A stretch of DNA of 64,000 nucleotides from NCBI GenBank assembly GCA_013287375.1, contig JABDDX010000004.1, positions 2,449-66,448 on the forward strand. Direction: 5' to 3'. The position numbers and the translations under genes are program-made. Under the pieces are notes generated by a model. The model had not been told where the DNA came from and did not search any database. It saw only the letters and a list, made by a program, of their open reading frames with translations. Source of the stretch: Bacteroidota bacterium (GTDB lineage Bacteria; Bacteroidota; Bacteroidia; Sphingobacteriales; Sphingobacteriaceae). Below are positions 62,544 through 64,000 of this stretch, piece after piece (position 1 is the first letter of the stretch; each line of letters begins with the position of its first letter).

Positions 62544-63302
62544 CTAACTAAACCTTCCTGTTATATAATTTTGTGTACGTTGATCTGCCGGGTTGGTGAA
62601 CATTTGTTTGGTATCATCAAACTCCACCAGTTCGCCCATGTAAAAGAACGCAGTTCTATCACTAACACGAGCAGCCTGCTGCATATTGTGTGTTACGATG
62701 ATCAAGGTATAATTAGCTTTCAATTCATGAAATAACGCTTCAACACTTGAAGTAGATATAGGATCGAGTGCAGAAGTTGGCTCATCAAACAAAATCAATT
62801 CAGGCTGCATGGCAATAGCACGTGCAATGCACAAGCGCTGTTGCTGTCCGCCTGATAAAAACGTTCCTTTTTTATGTAACGAATCTTTAACCTCTTTCCA
62901 CAAAGCGGCGCTGGTTAATGATTTTTCAACGATCACATCCTTATCCGCTTTTGATATTTTGATACCGTTAAGTAAATATCCGGCTACAACATTTTCATAT
63001 ATGCTCAAATTCGGAAAAGGGTTAGGGCGTTGAAACACCATACCAATTTTCGACCGCACGTAAATAGCATTCATGTCGTAAACATTTTCACCATCAAGCA
63101 AGATCTTACCTTTCGATGTCGCGTTAGGAATCAATTCGTGCATACGGTTAATACCACGTAAAAACGTAGTTTTACCGCAACCCGAGGGGCCCATTACCGC
63201 AATAACCTCATTTTTGTTTATGCTGATATTTACATCTTTTACAACATGGTTATCACCAAAATAAGAGTTATAATTTTCAGCTTTTACAATTGTACTTTCC
63301 AT
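62544..63302 (-). CDS. pstB: Phosphate ABC transporter ATPase
   Basis: GPSGCGKTT, MVFQRPNPFP, LSGGQQQRLCIAR, YITGRF; start taken at MESTIV. Confidence 0.96.
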   Translation of the reverse strand: MESTIVKAENYNSYFGDNHVVKDVNISINKNEVIAVMGPSGCGKTTFLRGINRMHELIPNATSKGKILLDGENVYDMNAIYVRSKIGMVFQRPNPFPNLSIYENVVAGYLLNGIKISKADKDVIVEKSLTSAALWKEVKDSLHKKGTFLSGGQQQRLCIARAIAMQPELILFDEPTSALDPISTSSVEALFHELKANYTLIIVTHNMQQAARVSDRTAFFYMGELVEFDDTKQMFTNPADQRTQNYITGRFS

Positions 63303-64000
63303 TTTCTTGTTAACACTTTTGTGAATATGTTTAATACTAAAACAAACATTAATAATATGAATGATGCGCCCCATGCCAAATTGTGCCAATCATCATAAGG
63401 GCTGGTGGCGTAGGTAAATATCAGGTGGGGTAAGCTTTCCATTGGTTTGGTAAGCGAATATGATAAATAAGGGTTACCAAAAGCGGTAAACAATAATGGT
63501 GCAGTTTCACCAATAACACGCGCGATTGATAGCATGATACCTGATAGTATACCCGCAAATCCGCACGGAACAATAACCTTTAAAATCACCCTGTGATAAG
63601 GTACTCCTAATGAAAGCGCTGCCTCTTTTAATGAATCAGGCAACATTTTAAGTGTTTGTTCTGTCGATCTGATCACAATCGGCAACATCATAATGGCCAA
63701 TGCGGCACTACCTGATAATGACGAGAATGTACCCAATGGTTTCACAATCCAGAAATAAACCACAATACCTACTACAATTGATGGTACACCTTGTAAAATA
63801 TCAACACATAAACCGCTGTAGTAAGCAAGTTTCGACCGTGGATTTTCACTCAAATATATACCGGCGGCCATCCCAACGGGTATAGCAACCACCGCGGCTA
63901 CCATAACCATAATGAAACTACCTACTAATGCATTTATTATACCACCACCTGTTTCGCCAACCGGTGCAGGTACACTGGTTAAAAAATGCCAGTTAACCTG
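63284..64000 (-). CDS. pstA: Phosphate ABC transporter permease PstA; 5' end outside the window
   Basis: GVPSIVVG, LKEAALSLG, ARVIGETAPL; frame stays open to the window edge (…PVGETGGGIINALVGS). Confidence 0.95.
   Translation of the reverse strand, partial: QVNWHFLTSVPAPVGETGGGIINALVGSFIMVMVAAVVAIPVGMAAGIYLSENPRSKLAYYSGLCVDILQGVPSIVVGIVVYFWIVKPLGTFSSLSGSAALAIMMLPIVIRSTEQTLKMLPDSLKEAALSLGVPYHRVILKVIVPCGFAGILSGIMLSIARVIGETAPLLFTAFGNPYLSYSLTKPMESLPHLIFTYATSPYDDWHNLAWGASFILLMFVLVLNIFTKVLTRKWKVQL

Overview
Core-chromosome segment of a Bacteroidota bacterium, most likely Sphingobacteriaceae (Mucilaginibacter-like). This assignment is inferred from gene content, gene order and TAnnTTTG promoters. 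From left to right it holds: a nucleotide-sugar dehydrogenase fragment, hslR, a UbiD-family decarboxylase, dTDP-rhamnose and GDP-fucose genes (rfbADCB, fcl, wcaI, gmd), sulfate activation genes cysNDC, the rpsU-xerC-hpf / tRNA / tuf-secE-nusG-rplKAJL-rpoBC superoperon, an SGNH-TPR + SxtJ + SxtK + carbamoyltransferase module, apt, comEA, an OlsF-like acyltransferase, ada, guaA, several transporters and regulators, and an ars operon converging on pstA-pstB-phoU. The most novel signal is absent from the ORF track: a three-gene minus-strand operon (43283-43824) of 41-58 aa exported His-rich micropeptides. Two are cationic His/Arg/Tyr/Trp peptides with near-identical signal peptides and one is a His/Met/Asp lipopeptide; the operon has its own terminator and mirror-image ECF-type promoter motifs shared with a divergent secreted Pro/Gly-rich protein. 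A second recurring signal is a family of intergenic inverted 7-9-nt tandem-repeat elements, each with a different unit, mostly placed right after stop codons or tRNA ends. Many REP-like palindrome families are also present. All calls come from reading the sequence; no searches were run.
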